A stretch of DNA of 64,000 nucleotides from positions 14,577 through 78,576 of the forward strand of contig CAYRXH010000003.1 of NCBI GenBank assembly GCA_964428185.1. Reading direction: 5' to 3'. Under the pieces are notes generated by a model. That model saw nothing but the letters and a program-made list of their open reading frames with translations, had not been told where the DNA came from and ran no database searches. Shown piece after piece: positions 60,260 through 64,000 of the stretch. The position numbers and the translations under genes were made by a program. How positions within the stretch are numbered: the stretch's first letter is position 1; every line of letters begins with the position of its first letter. This DNA is from an uncultured Bacteroidales bacterium. Its GTDB lineage: Bacteria > Bacteroidota > Bacteroidia > Bacteroidales > DTU049.

Positions 60260-60985
60260 ATGAAGCTTCGAACCGAACACATTGTAAAAAAATATAAAGG
60301 CAGAACTGTTGTAAATCAGGTATCCATTGAAGTCAACAGGGGTGAAATTGTTGGACTTCTGGGTCCCAATGGTGCTGGAAAAACAACATCTTTTTATATT
60401 ATTGTTGGCATGATCAAACCCAATGATGGGGAGGTGTTTTTGAATGATATCAATATTACTGAAACCCCGATGTATAAAAGAGCACAGATGGGCGTTGGTT
60501 ATCTTGCTCAGGAAGCTTCTGTGTTTAGGCACATGAGTGTTGAAGACAATATTCGTTCAGTGCTTGAATTTACCGGTCTGAATCGTACTGAGCAAACAGA
60601 TAAACTTGAACTATTATTGAATGAATTTGGATTGCAGAAAATAAGAAAAAATCTGGGGAATCGTCTTTCGGGAGGAGAACGCAGACGGACTGAAATTGCC
60701 AGAAGTCTGGCTGTAGATCCTAAGTTTATTCTGCTTGACGAACCTTTTGCCGGTGTAGATCCAATTGCTGTTGAAGACATCCAAAATATTGTAATCCGGC
60801 TTCGTGAAAAAAACATCGGAGTACTCATTACCGATCATAATGTGCACGAAACCTTATCAATCACTGACAGGGCATATCTTTTGTTTGAAGGGTCTGTGCT
60901 CAAGTCGGGAACCGCAGAAGATCTTGCCGGAGATGAACATGTGAGACGGGTATATCTTGGACAGAATTTCCAATTACGAAGATAA
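60260..60985 (+). CDS. lptB: LPS export ABC transporter ATPase
   Basis: [38 protein letters not shown] and ITDHNV motifs. Confidence 0.96.
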   Translation: MKLRTEHIVKKYKGRTVVNQVSIEVNRGEIVGLLGPNGAGKTTSFYIIVGMIKPNDGEVFLNDINITETPMYKRAQMGVGYLAQEASVFRHMSVEDNIRSVLEFTGLNRTEQTDKLELLLNEFGLQKIRKNLGNRLSGGERRRTEIARSLAVDPKFILLDEPFAGVDPIAVEDIQNIVIRLREKNIGVLITDHNVHETLSITDRAYLLFEGSVLKSGTAEDLAGDEHVRRVYLGQNFQLRR

Positions 60986-60989
60986 TACA

Positions 60990-62516
60990 TTGATATCAAA
61001 ACAGGACATATATAAACAAAAAGTTCTCTGGAAATGGTTATTGTTTCTTGGAGGAGTTGTTATTGTGGTAATTTCTTTGCTATATACAAATTCTATTGTA
61101 CGAAAGATTGCTAAAGACGAAAGAAATACTGTTGCCATTTGGGCAGATGCAATACAACGTAAGGCGGCACTGGTAAATTACACCAATGATTTTTTTCTGA
61201 AAATCGAAACAGAGGAGAGAAAGCGTGTTGAATTGTGGGCAGAAGCAATGCACCGGCTGATTGCTGCTGATCTTAATGAAGATCTAACATTTTATAGTAA
61301 AATTATTCAGAACAACACCAACATTCCTGTGGTTCTGACAGATGCAGAAAACAAGATCATCACAACCTCAAATGTCAGCTTTAAGCCTGACAGTATCAGA
61401 ATTCTTGAAGGTTCCTTGCTTGATGAATTTTCAGAAAACCCACCCATAGAAATCATGAATTTTTCAGGGGGAAAAATTCAAAACCTTCTTTATTACAAGG
61501 AGTCTATCTTGTTTTCTGAATTGAGAATTGTCCTTAAGGATCTGATTGACTCCTTTTTTTCAGAAATTGTTACTAATAACCCCGGGGTTCCTGTAATAAT
61601 TACAGATTCAGCAAAAACAACAGTCTATGCCTATGGAAATGTTGACACGATTCTTGTCAAAGATATGGAATGGGTCAAAGAAACTATTCACACAATGGAA
61701 TCTCAAAATAAACCAATACTTATTGAGCTACACGGTATGGATGATAAGTATATTTATTATCAAGATTCTTATTTGCTTTCTCAACTTCGGTATTATCCCT
61801 ACGTACAATTTATCATTATTGGTTTTTTTCTGTTAATTGCATATATTTTATTCAGTATTTCCCGAAGTTCCGAGCAGAATCAGGTTTGGGTGGGGATGGC
61901 AAAGGAAACTGCTCACCAACTGGGCACTCCGATTTCTTCAATGATGGCATGGATTCAACTTCTTAAAGAACAGGGAGATCATAATCCAATCATTGAAGAA
62001 TTATCCAGTGACATCAAACGTCTGGAAAGCATCGCTGAACGATTCTCAAAAATCGGATCTGTTCCCGAGTTGCACAAAGCCAATGTTTATGATCTCCTCT
62101 CAGATTCTCTTAACTACATGAAAGTAAGGTCTTCCAATAAAATCTCTTTTGCTCTAAGCGGTGATAAACATATTATGGCTCCTGTCAATCAGAATCTATT
62201 CAGCTGGGTTGTAGAGAATATTGTGAAAAATTCTGTTGATGCAATGAGCGGAGAAGGTGAAGTCAATATAGCTATTGAAAAGCATCATGATAATAAACTC
62301 ATCAATATAGATATTTCTGATACGGGAAAAGGGATCCCCAAATCGAAGCATAAAATGATTTTCAAACCCGGGTACACAACAAAAACCAGAGGCTGGGGAC
62401 TTGGACTTACTTTGGCAAAACGCATTATTGAAAACTATCACAATGGGAAATTGTTTGTCAAGCAAAGTGCTCCCGGAAAAGGGACTGTTTTCAGAATTAT
62501 CTTGAAGGTGTCTTGA
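60990..62516 (+). CDS. Sensor histidine kinase (start codon uncertain)
   Basis: Two TM helices, KETAHQLGTP H-box, ENIVKNSVDAM, DTGKG and GWGLGL motifs. Confidence 0.9.
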   Translation: MISKQDIYKQKVLWKWLLFLGGVVIVVISLLYTNSIVRKIAKDERNTVAIWADAIQRKAALVNYTNDFFLKIETEERKRVELWAEAMHRLIAADLNEDLTFYSKIIQNNTNIPVVLTDAENKIITTSNVSFKPDSIRILEGSLLDEFSENPPIEIMNFSGGKIQNLLYYKESILFSELRIVLKDLIDSFFSEIVTNNPGVPVIITDSAKTTVYAYGNVDTILVKDMEWVKETIHTMESQNKPILIELHGMDDKYIYYQDSYLLSQLRYYPYVQFIIIGFFLLIAYILFSISRSSEQNQVWVGMAKETAHQLGTPISSMMAWIQLLKEQGDHNPIIEELSSDIKRLESIAERFSKIGSVPELHKANVYDLLSDSLNYMKVRSSNKISFALSGDKHIMAPVNQNLFSWVVENIVKNSVDAMSGEGEVNIAIEKHHDNKLINIDISDTGKGIPKSKHKMIFKPGYTTKTRGWGLGLTLAKRIIENYHNGKLFVKQSAPGKGTVFRIILKVS

Positions 62517-62577
62517 TATAAATGACTCCTCTGGCAGCTAATTACAAAATGTTTAATTTTATATCTGAAATACTCTT

Positions 62578-63528
62578 ATGAAAGCAAAATACAAGCTCAA
62601 TCCTGAAACGTTAACCTACGAGAGAATCGGAGATGATTCATCCCTTCGCATCCGGAATGTTCTCTGGATAATATTATCGGGTATTGCTTTTGGATTTGTT
62701 TTTATAATCCTGGGAGCCTATCTTTACCCTACTCCTCATGAAAGACAACTCAAACATGATTTACTGTTGCTTCAGGAAAATTATAATGACCTCAATGCTA
62801 AGTTGGAAAAATCTGTCATCATGTATGAACAACTCATTGAAAAAGACAAAGAAATTCACAAACTCACTTTTGATACTGAACTCAAAAATCTGAAATCCAT
62901 TACTGAAGAAATGAATTTGTATTCACCTGATTTCAATTTCAACACATTAATGGCAGAGACATCTTCAAATATTCAACGTTCTTCCGGAATAGCTATTCAG
63001 TCATTACACAAAATCCGCATTCTTCTTGAAATTGCATACGGGAAAAAAATGTTTATTCAGAATATTCCTTCTGTTCTTCCACTTGAAAAAGGAAGCTTTG
63101 TTTTGGTTTCCGGTTTCGGAGAAAGAATTCATCCCATCTTCAAAGCGCTTCGGCAGCATAACGGGGTGGATCTGGCAGCACGACAAGGGACACCTGTCAA
63201 AGCAACAGGTTCAGGAATTGTTGTTTCTCCGCCATCCGATATTGGTGGGCTTGGTAATGTCGTAGTCATTGATCACGGGTTTGGATATATCAGTATTTAT
63301 GCATGTCTTTTAAAATCAGATGTAAAAAAGGGAACTAAAGTAAACAGGGGGGACGTTATCGGGCAGGTTGGACGAAGTGGCATTGCAACTGGCCCTCACC
63401 TCCATTATGAAGTTCGAAAAGACGGAATCCCTGTCAATCCTGTGAACTATTTTTTTCTTAGTCTTTCTCCATCCGAACTCATTGGATATATGGAAAAAGC
63501 ATCTGTTCAGAATCAGAATATGTCTTAA
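62578..63528 (+). CDS. M23-family metallopeptidase
   Basis: N-terminal TM helix and coiled coil, HNGVD, IDHG.GY and GPHLHYEV motifs. Confidence 0.9.
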   Translation: MKAKYKLNPETLTYERIGDDSSLRIRNVLWIILSGIAFGFVFIILGAYLYPTPHERQLKHDLLLLQENYNDLNAKLEKSVIMYEQLIEKDKEIHKLTFDTELKNLKSITEEMNLYSPDFNFNTLMAETSSNIQRSSGIAIQSLHKIRILLEIAYGKKMFIQNIPSVLPLEKGSFVLVSGFGERIHPIFKALRQHNGVDLAARQGTPVKATGSGIVVSPPSDIGGLGNVVVIDHGFGYISIYACLLKSDVKKGTKVNRGDVIGQVGRSGIATGPHLHYEVRKDGIPVNPVNYFFLSLSPSELIGYMEKASVQNQNMS

Positions 63529-63545
63529 CTTTAAACCAATACAAT

Positions 63546-63758
63546 ATGAAAAAGTACATTTTAATTGCAGGATTATCATTGTTTTTTATTGCCTGTGGCA
63601 ATCAGGAAAACAATGAAGAAGCCGAAGAACTTACTCCCGAGCAGGAAACTGCATTTGTGGAAGAAGAATCACAGGCCATTGATTCATCTTTGACAGAGGT
63701 AAAAGCCACTGTTGATGACTCTGAAAAGAAAGTAGATGAATTATTAGAAGGAATTTAA
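63546..63758 (+). CDS. Small acidic lipoprotein
   Basis: LFFIAC lipobox followed by a Glu/Asp-rich helical body. Confidence 0.7.
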   Translation: MKKYILIAGLSLFFIACGNQENNEEAEELTPEQETAFVEEESQAIDSSLTEVKATVDDSEKKVDELLEGI

Positions 63759-63776
63759 AACAAGGAGGAACTAACA

Positions 63777-64000
63777 ATGAAAACATTACAATTTACAGTA
63801 TTTCTTGCAGCCCTTTTTATTGCCGTTTCCGGAGCAATGGCTCAGGGTCACGGAAAAGGACAGGGACAGGACAACAAGCAGCAAGGTCGGGAAAAAGAAA
63901 AAACAGAAGTTTCAAAAGAAAACACACAAGGTCAACAACAGCGTGAAAACCAAAAAGACAATCAGGCTGTCAATGACAATAAAAGAAATCAAAACCAGAG
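63777..64000 (+). CDS. Secreted Gln/Gly/Lys-rich low-complexity protein, partial at the window end
   Basis: MKTLQFTVFLAALFIAVSGAMA-QGHGKGQGQDNKQQ..., open to the end of the window. Confidence 0.65.
   Translation, partial: MKTLQFTVFLAALFIAVSGAMAQGHGKGQGQDNKQQGREKEKTEVSKENTQGQQQRENQKDNQAVNDNKRNQNQ

Noticed and set aside
1-64000. CRISPR array, cas genes, rRNA
   Set aside because: No regularly spaced 25-45 bp repeats, Cas motifs or rRNA-like sequence were seen by eye.

Overview
This is a 64-kb chromosomal window from a Bacteroidota bacterium, probably Bacteroidales. The lineage is inferred from TAnnTTTG -7 promoter motifs, a T9SS C-terminal-domain gene and a lineage-typical gene set. Most of it is housekeeping or envelope: folB, glnS with tRNA-Gln(CUG), lysC, obgE, adenylate kinases, hpt, queD, folE, manC, gcvP, alaS, purB, hemD, rnpA, recQ, lptB, TonB-dependent and other outer-membrane proteins. 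The main accessory feature is a visibly AT-richer ~10-kb four-gene operon at 23727-33469. It encodes (1) a PAPS-reductase/DndC-like + ferredoxin + DUF4007-like fusion, (2) a large P-loop ATPase, (3) PglZ and (4) a BrxL lacking the Lon domain. This is the BREX type 4 layout (brxP-brxC-pglZ-brxL), a methyltransferase-free defence system that most likely marks DNA by phosphorothioation. The system class is already described, so the novelty lies in this variant and its context: it is preceded by an internally deleted IS4-family element that keeps both inverted repeats and by an attC-like imperfect hairpin. Other oddities are three consecutive adenylate-kinase domains, one with degenerate catalytic motifs; a purE with an in-frame central deletion next to hpt; a phage-tail-fibre-like secreted protein with a Peptidase_S74 chaperone; and repeated gene decay (purE, a LiaF/LytS/LytTR operon, a flavin reductase, a TPR remnant, a T9SS gene pair). 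No rRNA, CRISPR array or integrase was seen. All family assignments come from motif recognition by eye, not database searches. Several start codons were moved relative to the supplied ORF track.
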